Shown one piece after another: positions 15,164 to 27,774 of a DNA stretch of 64,000 nucleotides; position 1 is the first letter of the stretch; every line of letters starts with the position of its first letter. The notes below the pieces were generated by a model, which saw nothing but the letters and a program-made list of their open reading frames with translations, searched no databases and was not told the DNA's origin. This stretch comes from an uncultured Chlamydiales bacterium (GTDB lineage: Bacteria; Chlamydiota; Chlamydiia; Chlamydiales; Rhabdochlamydiaceae): positions 1,376,001 through 1,440,000 of the forward strand of contig OY969554.1 of NCBI GenBank assembly GCA_963700985.1, given 5' to 3'. A program made the position numbers and the translations under genes.

Positions 15164-16099
15164 ATGAAATTCAAAACAATGCTTCTGTTCTTGGCCATCT
15201 CAATTGTCTTCATTAATTTATTCATGTATGCAAAAGAACCATTGCAAGCTGTTGATCGAAAAGAAAAAAAACACAACTTATCTATCTGTGCAATTTTTAA
15301 GAATGAAGCTAAGTTTCTGAAAGAATGGATCGAATATCATCGATTAGCCGGAGTCGACCATTTTTATCTTTATGACAATGGAAGCACAGATCGTTTTAAA
15401 GAAATACTCAACCCCTATATTAAAGATAAAGTTGTAACGCTAATCTATTGGCCAGAACGTGCCGATGAGACATCTGAAGAAAAAGCATTTGCTTGGGCCT
15501 TAAGCACTCAAGTTCCCGCTTATGAAAATGCAGTGAAATTTCGTGCACTGAATGAAACTACATGGCTCGTTTGCCTTGGCGTCCATGAGTTTCTTGTGCC
15601 ACCAAACGCTAACAGCCTCGTAGAAGTTTTGGAAAAATACAGAGATTATCCAGGCGTGACTCTTGCGAGTGATTTTTTTGATTCATCACAAGGCAATATC
15701 TTACCTCGAAGAAAATTACTGGTTCAAACGCTGGAACTCACCAAGGCTCCTTGGCAAAATCCTCAAAAAAGCGTTTCTAAAACCATTTTCAAACCAGCTT
15801 TATGCGAAGGCTTTCTCTGGCCACCTTATCAGTGTCTATTTAAAGATAATCAAATGGCTGTGATAGTAAGAAAAGATGAGATGCGCATCAATTATTATGC
15901 AAATCGAGATAAGAGCTATCTCTATTTTGATTCGCCAAAAAGCAAGTTGTACATCGATAATCGACTCTTAGCCGAAAGTGCAACAAGCGAGCTATTGGGC
16001 ATGGATTATGAAATCGAAGATCAAGAGCGTGCAATTTACCGTTTTGTACCGGCTCTTCTTAGCAAAATGGGCTTCGACTCTTCAGACTGGGGCTGGTAA
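15164..16099 (+). CDS. GT92/GT2-like glycosyltransferase homologue, degenerate DxD
   Basis: LSICAIFKNEAKFLKEWIEYH..GVDHFYLYDNGSTD; WLVCLGVHEF in place of DxDE; N-terminal hydrophobic segment. Confidence 0.8.
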   Translation: MKFKTMLLFLAISIVFINLFMYAKEPLQAVDRKEKKHNLSICAIFKNEAKFLKEWIEYHRLAGVDHFYLYDNGSTDRFKEILNPYIKDKVVTLIYWPERADETSEEKAFAWALSTQVPAYENAVKFRALNETTWLVCLGVHEFLVPPNANSLVEVLEKYRDYPGVTLASDFFDSSQGNILPRRKLLVQTLELTKAPWQNPQKSVSKTIFKPALCEGFLWPPYQCLFKDNQMAVIVRKDEMRINYYANRDKSYLYFDSPKSKLYIDNRLLAESATSELLGMDYEIEDQERAIYRFVPALLSKMGFDSSDWGW

Positions 16100-16211
16100 C
16101 TGCATTAAGAATTGCTAGATAGCTTTTGGAGTACGCGAACTTGTCAAAAATTTCTTTATTAGCATCGAGACGAGTCGCTATATTCCTCATGAAAAAGTCA
16201 TCCGGAAAGAT

Positions 16212-16258
16212 AAAAAAAGAGCCCTCACCTTTTTAGGATGAAGGCTCTATTTGTTTTT
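16212..16258. terminator. Probable terminator between convergent genes
   Basis: agagccctca..tgaaggctct stem with A tract before and T tract after. Confidence 0.5.
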
Positions 16259-16271
16259 GAAGCGTTGCAGT

Positions 16272-17840
16272 TTATGGGAAGTTAACGTTGATGATTTGGC
16301 TTTGCGATTGCTGATTATTTATAGCAGCAACACCATATGTTGTGGCGCCGTTTTGCACCTTATTGTCATCAATGATACTTAATATATCGGCATCAACCTG
16401 CACGAAAAAGGTTCCATTGCGATAAACATTATATGCAACAACGCTTGGATCTGTGCTCGCTGTCCAGCTTACTTTGTTGTAATATTCGCTAAAAACACCA
16501 AAATTATTCACATGCTGGGTAACAGTTGGACTTGAAGGGGGCAGAACGAGCGCCCTTTTTCCTTCTACTGCTTGGATTATGCTATTTGTGCCATTGTAAT
16601 TGATCCAAACAGCCGCTGCATTAATCGCATTTCCAGTGAGGGTTGCTGCTAATCTTGGAAATCCATTATCTGTGCCTGTAGAAAGATTAAGGGGAACAGA
16701 CCAAACAGTTTGCATAAAACCCGAAAAATTCATCTCCGAAGACTGCATAATTAGAGAATTCCCATTGTAAAACATATATGCAGTAAGCGCGTCGCCAATC
16801 GAACTCACAGCGAGATCTGCCTCAAACCCATACACACTATTTACAATTTCAACAGGAGCACTCCAATTCCCTCTCAATGGTAACACAGCTGATTGAATAT
16901 CAAAAGTTGCACCATCCAAAGATGTGTTCCATAGGGCAATCGCATTTCCGTTCGCATCAAAACCCACACGAGCTATGAGGCTAGCAGGATTATAAATTCC
17001 ATGAGCTGAAAGATTGACCGAAGATCCCCAAGAGCCAATTGCTGAATTCAGAAATGCCGATTGAACAACCACATTTGAATAGAGAGAACTTGCCACATTA
17101 AACCCATACCAGACTGCTACAGCATTAGCGTTTGCATCGACTGCCACATGCGCATATGCGGCATTGTTAGTTGCATTTGAAATGGCTGTTTGTGCAGTCC
17201 ATGAACCAGAAATGGGTTTACTTGCTGAATATACGACATTTGTAGATCCAGATGTACTATGCCATACGACAAAGGCCTTTGTGCTTGCTCCAGAACCACC
17301 GATTGCAACATGTGGAGAGGTTGCTGCGGTGCTGGTAATTGTAGCGTGCGCTTGCCAGCCTGCTCCGAAAAGTTTTGTCGACGATTCAATGTTGTTACTT
17401 CTTACCCAAACTGCAACTACATCGCCTGCAGAATCCACGGCTAGATCTGGCGAAGAGGCTCCTGAAGACGAGAGCGCAGTTGAAGAAGTCCAGCTTCCAC
17501 TGAAAGGTTTTGTCGCACCATAAACAATGCCGCCTACTAACCAGATAGCTGCCGCATTGCCGCTAGAATCCGAAGTGATCCGTGGAGATGAAGCACCTGA
17601 AGCTGATAAAGTCACCGGCGCGCTCCAACTCCCACTTAGATGCTTTGAACTGGATTTAACCAATCCATTTTCTACCCATGCGGCCACTAGATTGCCACTT
17701 GCATCTATCGCAATCTGTGGATCAGAAGCATTTAGGGTCACGGTCGAGAGCGTGGCAGGAGGAAATGACCATTGGATATTGTTCGCCATTAAACATGAAA
17801 ATGAAAACATTGTTAAAATGAGAATCGATAATTTTTTCAT
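16272..17840 (-). CDS. Secreted beta-repeat (propeller-like) protein with FN3-like C-terminus, paralog A
   Basis: Signal peptide MKKLSIL, repeats P.(I/L)A.D..G.A.A.W, C-terminal WTASTDP..YNVYRNG. Confidence 0.75.
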   Translation of the reverse strand: MKKLSILILTMFSFSCLMANNIQWSFPPATLSTVTLNASDPQIAIDASGNLVAAWVENGLVKSSSKHLSGSWSAPVTLSASGASSPRITSDSSGNAAAIWLVGGIVYGATKPFSGSWTSSTALSSSGASSPDLAVDSAGDVVAVWVRSNNIESSTKLFGAGWQAHATITSTAATSPHVAIGGSGASTKAFVVWHSTSGSTNVVYSASKPISGSWTAQTAISNATNNAAYAHVAVDANANAVAVWYGFNVASSLYSNVVVQSAFLNSAIGSWGSSVNLSAHGIYNPASLIARVGFDANGNAIALWNTSLDGATFDIQSAVLPLRGNWSAPVEIVNSVYGFEADLAVSSIGDALTAYMFYNGNSLIMQSSEMNFSGFMQTVWSVPLNLSTGTDNGFPRLAATLTGNAINAAAVWINYNGTNSIIQAVEGKRALVLPPSSPTVTQHVNNFGVFSEYYNKVSWTASTDPSVVAYNVYRNGTFFVQVDADILSIIDDNKVQNGATTYGVAAINNQQSQSQIINVNFP

Positions 17841-17970
17841 AAGTCGACCTTTTGTATGATTAGCCTGGGAATCAAATCCCTTTGACAAATCAGTTTCGGA
17901 AAAATCCCCCCTCTTCAGAAGGGGGGCGATTAATATGGTCTTCGACCACCTATCTTAAGAATAGTCACGT

Positions 17971-19560
17971 TTAAGGAATGATAACTGTCTGAGTTGCGCT
18001 TTGGTCATATTCAAAATCGAAAGCTGCGACGCCATATACTGTCGGCGATCCGGTGCCGGTTTGCGGCTGGTTATGATCAACTACTGATGTATTAGGAACG
18101 GGCACTTGAGTATAAAGAACACCATTACGGTAAATGACGTACCCTTGTAGATTCGGATCTGTGCTTGCAGTCCAACTTACCGTGTTAACATAATCCGTAT
18201 AGACCCCATAATTTGTCGGCGTCTGCGAAACACTTAAATTAGTTGGAGGCATGATAACAGTTTTTGATCCTGTTGCCGCATTGACTCTAGTATTAGAGCC
18301 ATCAAAGTAAAGCCATACAACCGCGGCATTGATTGTGTTGCCTGAAAGAGCTGTGGCACCTTTTGGAAAACCATTATCAGTCCCTGTAGAGATAGTCTGC
18401 TGTGGCGAAAATGCATTAGCGATAAAACCGCCGAAATCTGTTTCAGCGACATCAATATCCGCATTTGTCCCATCAAAGAATATAAATGGCACTAGCGCGC
18501 TTCCTATCGAATTGATGGCTAGATCGGCCTGAAAGGCATATGGATTTTCACCATTGATTATAACTGATCCAGCAAAAGGTTGCCCAACTTGCAGAGAGGC
18601 AGATTCAATATTAAAATTTGAACCATCGATGGATCTGGTCCAGACCGCGATCAAATTTCCACTTGCATCATATGCAGTTTTTAAACTGAGGGTACTTGGG
18701 TCGCGCATGCCTGGATTCGATACCGTAAATGGCGTAGTCCAGGTAGTTGCTCCTGAGAGCAAAAATGAGGCAACGACAAGATCGTTGATGAAAACGGGAG
18801 TCGCACCATTTGATTGAAACCAGAGCACTGCAGCATTCCCATTAATGTCGATAGCTACTTTTGGGTAGTTTTGATTATTGCCAGTTGTTAAAACTAGATT
18901 GTTGGTTGTACCCCAGCTTCCTCCAACCGTCGAAATGACCGCCTGAATCTGATCTGCAGAATTAATCACACTATGCCATGCAACAATAACCTCGTGCCCT
19001 GTCCCATTGGAAATTGCAACCTGTGGATTACCCGAAACATTGGAAGAAGTAAGCATGCTCACTGAGCCCCAGCTTCCGCCCGAGAGTTTCGTTGCCGTTT
19101 CGATCAATGAATTGCGAGCCCAGACCGCTATAGCATCTCCGTTATTATCAACAGCCAGTGAGGGAGTCGAAGCTACACCTCCGGTTAAACTAGATACAGA
19201 AGTTTCTGCACTCCAACTGCCCCCAACTGGCATCGTTGCAGAACTAATCACACCATTTTCCACCCAAACGGCGATCACATTTCCACTCGAATCGATCCCG
19301 AGAAGAGGTGACGAAGCCGTAGAACCCGACAAGGTTGTAAGAGCGCCCCAGCTTCCGCCTGAAGGCATGGTGCTCGATTTAATTACAGCGCCTTCCACCC
19401 AAGCTGCCGTGATATTGCCGCTTGTGTCCATAACAACTTGAGGATCTAAGGCATTTACACCGGAACTTGAAATTGTAAGAGGAGAATTCCAAGCAAGATC
19501 ATTACATATTCCTTGAGAGAAGGAAAATATAGCTAAAATTAGGATCAGCATCTTTTTCAT
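17971..19560 (-). CDS. Secreted beta-repeat protein, paralog B
   Basis: Same architecture; MKKMLIL signal; WTASTDPNLQGYVIYRNG. Confidence 0.75.
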   Translation of the reverse strand: MKKMLILILAIFSFSQGICNDLAWNSPLTISSSGVNALDPQVVMDTSGNITAAWVEGAVIKSSTMPSGGSWGALTTLSGSTASSPLLGIDSSGNVIAVWVENGVISSATMPVGGSWSAETSVSSLTGGVASTPSLAVDNNGDAIAVWARNSLIETATKLSGGSWGSVSMLTSSNVSGNPQVAISNGTGHEVIVAWHSVINSADQIQAVISTVGGSWGTTNNLVLTTGNNQNYPKVAIDINGNAAVLWFQSNGATPVFINDLVVASFLLSGATTWTTPFTVSNPGMRDPSTLSLKTAYDASGNLIAVWTRSIDGSNFNIESASLQVGQPFAGSVIINGENPYAFQADLAINSIGSALVPFIFFDGTNADIDVAETDFGGFIANAFSPQQTISTGTDNGFPKGATALSGNTINAAVVWLYFDGSNTRVNAATGSKTVIMPPTNLSVSQTPTNYGVYTDYVNTVSWTASTDPNLQGYVIYRNGVLYTQVPVPNTSVVDHNQPQTGTGSPTVYGVAAFDFEYDQSATQTVIIP

Positions 19561-19705
19561 ATTTACCACCTTTGCTAGCCCGATTTTTTGATGTTTCCTG
19601 CTTCAAAATCAGCAGAAAGTCCGCCTGTTTTTTGTGCAGATATTAAACTCTCCTCTCAGGCTGCTTTTTTGAAGAGCTCAATTCATTTTCTAAGAACCAA
19701 CGAAG

Positions 19706-21286
19706 TTAAGGAAGTGTGATTGTCTGAATTACACTCTGTTGTAACTGACCATCAAAAGCTGCTATGCCATATGTTACCGGAGATCCAGTGCCTGCTTGCG
19801 CTCTATTGTAATCCTCTATGGACGTAGTAGATGATGCCGCCGAAGCAAAAAAGATCCCATCACGGTAAACGGCATATCCCTGCAGGCCAGGATCTGTACT
19901 AGCGGTCCAGGTTATCGTATTGACATAGTCTATAAAGGCTCCAAAATTATTCGCGCTTTGTGAAACAGCTAGGCTCGTAGGAGGCAAAATTACAGATTTC
20001 GAACCAGTAACAGCGTTGATTCTAGTATTAGAACCATCGAAATTGATCCAAACAACAGCCCCATTAACGGTACTTCCATTGGTTGTTGTGGCTCCTCTCG
20101 GGAAAGCATTATCACTCCCGTTAGAGATCGTCAACGAGGGTGAGAAAGCGTTAGGTACGAAGCTGGCAATAAAAGCCTGGGTGACTTGAATAACCTCATT
20201 CGTCCCATCAAAAGTCATAAATGGCATCAAACCGGTTCCTGTTGAATCGATTGATAAGTCAATCTGTAAGTCATACACAGTTGAAGAGATAATTATGGGT
20301 CCTTGCAGAGTTCCTTGAACTTGTAAGGTAGCAGCCGAAGTGTTAAAAACTGAACCATCGGGAGATTCAGTCCAAACTGCAATCGCATTTCCATTAGGAT
20401 CAAAACCACACTTAAGAGTTAGGTTTGCCGGATTACGCTCTGTTATATTTGAGATTTGAATAGGTTGATTCCAGCTGGCAGCTCCCTCAAGATGCAGCGC
20501 CCCGATAACTACTGTATTGATAAAATCAGAGCCTGAGAGATCATTTCGGAACCAGACTGCAATGATGCGGCCATTATTGGCTGCGATTTGCGGGAAACTG
20601 AAATTATGGCCCGCAGCTTGTGCAGTGATGAGATTTTGCGCAGTGCCCCAAGTGCCGCCAACCGTCGGCGCGACAGACGCCAGAATTTGATCTGCTCCAG
20701 AAGCTACAGCATGCCAAACTATCGCTGCCTCTCCGTCTGAACCGATAGCAACTTGTGGTGAATCAGAGGTAGCATTCGAAAATGCATTCACAGAACCAAA
20801 GTTTCCACCAGCAAGCTGCGTCGCTGTTTCAATAAACCCATTGCGCTCCCAAACAGCAATCGCATCTCCTGAACTATCGACCGCTAGGGCGGGAGTAGAG
20901 GCCGCGCCCCCTGTTAAACTAGATATAGAAGACTCAGCACCAAAGCTTCCACCTGAGGGCTTTGTGGCAGTATTAATCACACCATTTTCATTCCAAATGG
21001 CATACACATTCCCATTTGAATCGATGCCAAGACGAGGCGACGTTGCAGTTGAACCCGACAAAGTTTGCGGGGAACTCCAGGTTCCACTGGTGTACGTACT
21101 TGATTTAATTACGGTGCCTTCTACCCAAGCGGCTGTGACGTTTCCGCTTGTATCCATAACAACCCGGGGATCGGAAGCATTAACACCTGAATCTGAAATA
21201 GGTGTGGGAGAACCCCAATTAATATTATTACATATCCCTTGGGAAAAGGAAAATATAGCCAGAACTAGGATCAGCATCTTTTTCAT
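19706..21286 (-). CDS. Secreted beta-repeat protein, paralog C
   Basis: N-terminus nearly identical to paralog B (PRVVMDTSGNVTAAWVEG). Confidence 0.75.
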   Translation of the reverse strand: MKKMLILVLAIFSFSQGICNNINWGSPTPISDSGVNASDPRVVMDTSGNVTAAWVEGTVIKSSTYTSGTWSSPQTLSGSTATSPRLGIDSNGNVYAIWNENGVINTATKPSGGSFGAESSISSLTGGAASTPALAVDSSGDAIAVWERNGFIETATQLAGGNFGSVNAFSNATSDSPQVAIGSDGEAAIVWHAVASGADQILASVAPTVGGTWGTAQNLITAQAAGHNFSFPQIAANNGRIIAVWFRNDLSGSDFINTVVIGALHLEGAASWNQPIQISNITERNPANLTLKCGFDPNGNAIAVWTESPDGSVFNTSAATLQVQGTLQGPIIISSTVYDLQIDLSIDSTGTGLMPFMTFDGTNEVIQVTQAFIASFVPNAFSPSLTISNGSDNAFPRGATTTNGSTVNGAVVWINFDGSNTRINAVTGSKSVILPPTSLAVSQSANNFGAFIDYVNTITWTASTDPGLQGYAVYRDGIFFASAASSTTSIEDYNRAQAGTGSPVTYGIAAFDGQLQQSVIQTITLP

Positions 21287-21532
21287 AATTACCACCATTT
21301 TGCAACCTGAGTTATTGAAATTTCACATCACAAAAATCAGCAAAACATTTGCTCATCTTTGTGTAGAATCAAACTCCCCGTCTGGGCTGCTGTTCTGAGG
21401 TGCTTAATCCATTTTCAAAGAATCAAAGAAGTTAAGGAAAATATTTATTAGTTACCAACATTTTTTTAATAACAAAACGACTGCCCTGTTTTATGAATCA
21501 TCAATTTCCCTAGGAAAATCATCAAAAAAAAA

Positions 21533-21557
21533 TTTGTTTTCTTAATTTTTTCTTTAA
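21533..21557 (+). promoter_or_regulatory. 25-bp motif upstream of collagen 2, identical copy at 25469-25493
   Basis: tttgttttcttaattttttctttaa at both sites, each followed by (a/c)gta. Confidence 0.5.
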
Positions 21558-21662
21558 AGTAATATGCGTTGCTTCTTAAGTTTAATGCTAGAGCTGCCCG
21601 TGAAGCGATCTCTTTTTCGCACATTTCATAATCCTCATCTTTGAATGACAATAAGCTTCTAA

Positions 21663-24377
<2,715 letters not shown>

Positions 24378-24393
24378 CAACGAAACCTAAAAT

Positions 24394-25341
24394 ATGTTTG
24401 TAAACTTAAAAAAAAGCAAATTTCTTCTAATTTTGACAACCTTTCTTATCTCTATGGATTTATTTTCAGGGATAGAAATGCAAGAGTCGCCTCAAAATCA
24501 TTCCACTAAAAAACACCAATTGTCTATCTGTGCAATTTTTAAAAACGAAGCTAAATTCTTGAAAGAATGGATTGAATATCATCGATTAGTGGGAGTGGAC
24601 CATTTTTACCTTTATGACAACGGGAGCACAGATCGTTTCAAAGAAGTGCTCAGCCCCTATATTAAAGACAAAACCGTAACGTTAATCTACTGGCCGGAAC
24701 GTGCTGACGAAGCAGATGAAGAAGAGGCCTACAAGTGGGTGCTAAGCACACAAATTCCCGCATACGAAAATGCTGTGAGCTTTCGCGCATTGAATGAAAC
24801 AGAGTGGCTGGTGTGCCTTGCCGTCCACGAATTTCTGGTGCCACCAAATGCAAATAATCTCTTAGAGGTCTTAGAACAATATAAGGATTATCCAGGTATC
24901 AATCTTGTGAGTGATTTTTTCGATGCATCACAAAGCAACATTCTACCTAGAAGAAAATTGCTTGTGCAAACAGTTGAACTCACAAAAACCCCTTGGCAAA
25001 ATCCTCAAAAAAGAGTCTCTAAGACGATCTTCAAACCTCATCAATGTAAAGGCTTTCTCTGGCCTCCATATCAGTGCCTTTTTAAAGATAATCAAATTGC
25101 AGCAACTGTGCGCAAAGATGAGATCCGCATCAATTATTATGCAAATCGAGATAAGAGCTATCTCTATTTTGATTCACCTAAAAGCATGTTGCATGTCGAT
25201 AATCGACTTTTAGCCGAAAGCGCAACTCGCGAACTATTGAGCATGGATTATGCCATCGAAGACCAAGAGCACGCGATCGACCATTTTGTACCCGCTCTCC
25301 TTAACAAAATGGGCTTCGACTCTTTAGACTGGGGCTGGTAA
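24394..25341 (+). CDS. GT92/GT2-like glycosyltransferase homologue, paralog of 15164-16099
   Basis: Same motifs; WLVCLAVHEF; shared C-terminal DWGW. Confidence 0.8.
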   Translation: MFVNLKKSKFLLILTTFLISMDLFSGIEMQESPQNHSTKKHQLSICAIFKNEAKFLKEWIEYHRLVGVDHFYLYDNGSTDRFKEVLSPYIKDKTVTLIYWPERADEADEEEAYKWVLSTQIPAYENAVSFRALNETEWLVCLAVHEFLVPPNANNLLEVLEQYKDYPGINLVSDFFDASQSNILPRRKLLVQTVELTKTPWQNPQKRVSKTIFKPHQCKGFLWPPYQCLFKDNQIAATVRKDEIRINYYANRDKSYLYFDSPKSMLHVDNRLLAESATRELLSMDYAIEDQEHAIDHFVPALLNKMGFDSLDWGW

Positions 25342-25468
25342 TAAACTGGCGTGAACGAATAGCAAGTGTTCTATGCCTGATACAAATTCCAACAAAGTCA
25401 CTGAAGAGGATAGATGCGCAAGATATGAAAGACCATTCTCAATTTAGATAGGCAAATCTGCAAAATTT

Positions 25469-25493
25469 TTTGTTTTCTTAATTTTTTCTTTAA
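25469..25493 (+). promoter_or_regulatory. Second copy of the 25-bp motif, upstream of the GT2-TPR gene run
   Basis: Exact match to 21533-21557. Confidence 0.5.
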
Positions 25494-25536
25494 CGTAGCA
25501 TCGGCTAATTCTTTAGTCTTTTGATGTAGGATTGTC

Positions 25537-26739
25537 ATGTTACGATTTCTTTTTTCTCTGCTTCTTCTATTCCTCCCTGTTGTCTCTCACTCCAAAGAAA
25601 AACCCTTCGAAGAGAAAATTTGCCTAAACATGATTGTCAAAAATGAGAGCAAAGTGATCCAACGCTGTTTGGACTCCGTGAAACCTTTCATTGATTATTG
25701 GGTGATTGTCGATACAGGCTCAACCGATGGAACTCAAGAGATCATCAAAAAACATCTGAAAGGCATTCCAGGAAAGCTGCATGAGCGTCCCTGGAAAAAT
25801 TTCGGTGAGAACCGAAGTGAAGCATTCGAGCTTGCGAAGGGAAAAGGCGATTACATTCTATTTATGGACGCCGACGACCTAATAGAATTCGAGCCAGGTT
25901 TTATATCCGAGCCTCTCACAAAAGACCTATATAACATGTGGCGCGGCGTAAAAGGTTTCACCTACTTAAAGCCTCAATTAGTTAAAGGGAATCTTCCTTG
26001 GAAATGGGTCGGTGTAACACATGAGTATCTGGATTGTTCTAAGCCCTACTCTTCCGATATTATTAAAGGCGTTCATTATAAAGATGGCGATGGCGGCGCG
26101 CGCTCCACTGGCATTCAAAAATTCCTCAGAAACATCGAGCTGCTTACCGAGGGTCTCAAAAAAGAGCCAGACAATTCTCGTTATGCTTTTTATTTGGCAG
26201 AAAGTTACCGCGATGCGGGCCAGAAAGCCAAAGCTCTTGAATGGTTTCAAAAGCGGGTCAAAATGGGTGGCTGGGATGAGGAGACCTTCTGGTCTTTGCT
26301 GCAGATCGGCCACATGCTGCGCGATCTCGGCCTTTCGCCTAGTGTGGTGATCGAAAGCTACAAACTTGCACGCAATTTTCGCCCACATCGAGCTGAACCG
26401 ATCTATTACCTTGCTGAAATGTTCAATCAGCAAGAGGAATACAGTAATGCATACGCAACCTTGAGGGCTTGGGAATTCGTTGCCAAACCGAAAGAAAAAG
26501 ACACCTTATTTAATATGGACTGGATCGAAGAATATGGTCTTCTGTTCCAACTCTCGATCTGTTCTTATTATGTGGGCAACTATCAAGAATCACTAGATAC
26601 GTGCGATAAATTGCTCGCCTACGAAGATCTGCCTGAAGATTGGCGTAAACGAGCGGAGGCCAACCGCATTTTTCCTTTCTCTAAACTTCAAACACAAAAA
26701 GAACTTGCAAGCCGAGAAAACCTAAACATTTTTGAATAA
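25537..26739 (+). CDS. GT2 glycosyltransferase with TPR repeats (protein O-glycosyltransferase-like), signal peptide
   Basis: ICLNMIVKNE, VDTGSTDGT, NFGENR, MDADD, GVTHEY, then TPR-like helices. Confidence 0.88.
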   Translation: MLRFLFSLLLLFLPVVSHSKEKPFEEKICLNMIVKNESKVIQRCLDSVKPFIDYWVIVDTGSTDGTQEIIKKHLKGIPGKLHERPWKNFGENRSEAFELAKGKGDYILFMDADDLIEFEPGFISEPLTKDLYNMWRGVKGFTYLKPQLVKGNLPWKWVGVTHEYLDCSKPYSSDIIKGVHYKDGDGGARSTGIQKFLRNIELLTEGLKKEPDNSRYAFYLAESYRDAGQKAKALEWFQKRVKMGGWDEETFWSLLQIGHMLRDLGLSPSVVIESYKLARNFRPHRAEPIYYLAEMFNQQEEYSNAYATLRAWEFVAKPKEKDTLFNMDWIEEYGLLFQLSICSYYVGNYQESLDTCDKLLAYEDLPEDWRKRAEANRIFPFSKLQTQKELASRENLNIFE

Positions 26740-26753
26740 TTTCTAGAGGCCTT

Positions 26754-27773
26754 ATGTCTGTTAGTTTGTTAACTCGATCTTTCTTACTTTTGATCTGCAG
26801 TTGTAGTATTCTGAATGCTGCTCATGTTCCAAATAGTTGCATCGCGAAAGTTCAGCCTGAAGCAAACCATGTTATTCGCTTTTGCACGACTCGCAGTTTA
26901 ACAGATGGCGCCCTAAAAAACTCATTGCTGCTGCAACTCAAACATGCTTTCAAAATCAAAGTGTTTGTGGAGACTGGTACCTACCTCGGACAGACTACGC
27001 TTGAAGCCGCTAAACTCTTTAAGCAAGTTCATACTATTGAGCTATCGGAAGAACTGTGTAACAAGGCCAAAAATCGCTTAAAAGAATGGGGAAACACCTC
27101 TGTTCATCAAGGCAGCTCCGATGAGCTGCTTAAGCAGCTATTGCCTTCTATTTCTCAGCGCATACTTTTCTATCTAGATGGACATTACAGCGGTGGAATT
27201 ACTGCAAAAGGCGTCCAGAATACGCCTGTTTTGGAAGAGTTAGTAGCGATTAAAAATGCGGGAAAATCTGACAGCGTTATTCTTATTGATGACATCCGCT
27301 TATTTCAAGATTCGCTTTACCCAGAAAAAATTAAAAAATTTCACGTTCAAGATTATCCCGACATAAGTCAAATTATCACCGCCCTCTTGCAGATTAATCC
27401 TCGCTATCAGATCTGCTTTTTAAGCGATGCTCTGCTGGCTTTTCCGGAAGATGCCTCTGTGAGCGTTTCACCAGTTGTTAGTGCTTGCACCATGCATCGG
27501 CTCTCTTATATTTGCCCAGAGCTTTCTGAAGAAACTTTAAACAGCGCAGACCTCATCATCGGAAGGGCAGAAGAAGATGAACAAGACGAAATCGCTACCT
27601 ATTACCTAACCTATGCACCTTTTGAATTAGAGCATGGATACCGTTGTTATGGAGCCCTTTGGTTTGGACTTGTGCTTAAAGAACAGGGAAAAAATCAACA
27701 AGCTATAACCCTTCTTCAACACGCTATGCAAAATAGCATGCCAAATTGGAGAGTTGAAAAGGTATTATACTAG
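26754..27773 (+). CDS. Class I SAM-dependent methyltransferase, signal peptide
   Basis: FVETGTYLG, IELS, HQGSS, FYLDGHYSGG, ILIDD. Confidence 0.8.
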   Translation: MSVSLLTRSFLLLICSCSILNAAHVPNSCIAKVQPEANHVIRFCTTRSLTDGALKNSLLLQLKHAFKIKVFVETGTYLGQTTLEAAKLFKQVHTIELSEELCNKAKNRLKEWGNTSVHQGSSDELLKQLLPSISQRILFYLDGHYSGGITAKGVQNTPVLEELVAIKNAGKSDSVILIDDIRLFQDSLYPEKIKKFHVQDYPDISQIITALLQINPRYQICFLSDALLAFPEDASVSVSPVVSACTMHRLSYICPELSEETLNSADLIIGRAEEDEQDEIATYYLTYAPFELEHGYRCYGALWFGLVLKEQGKNQQAITLLQHAMQNSMPNWRVEKVLY

Positions 27774-27774
27774 T

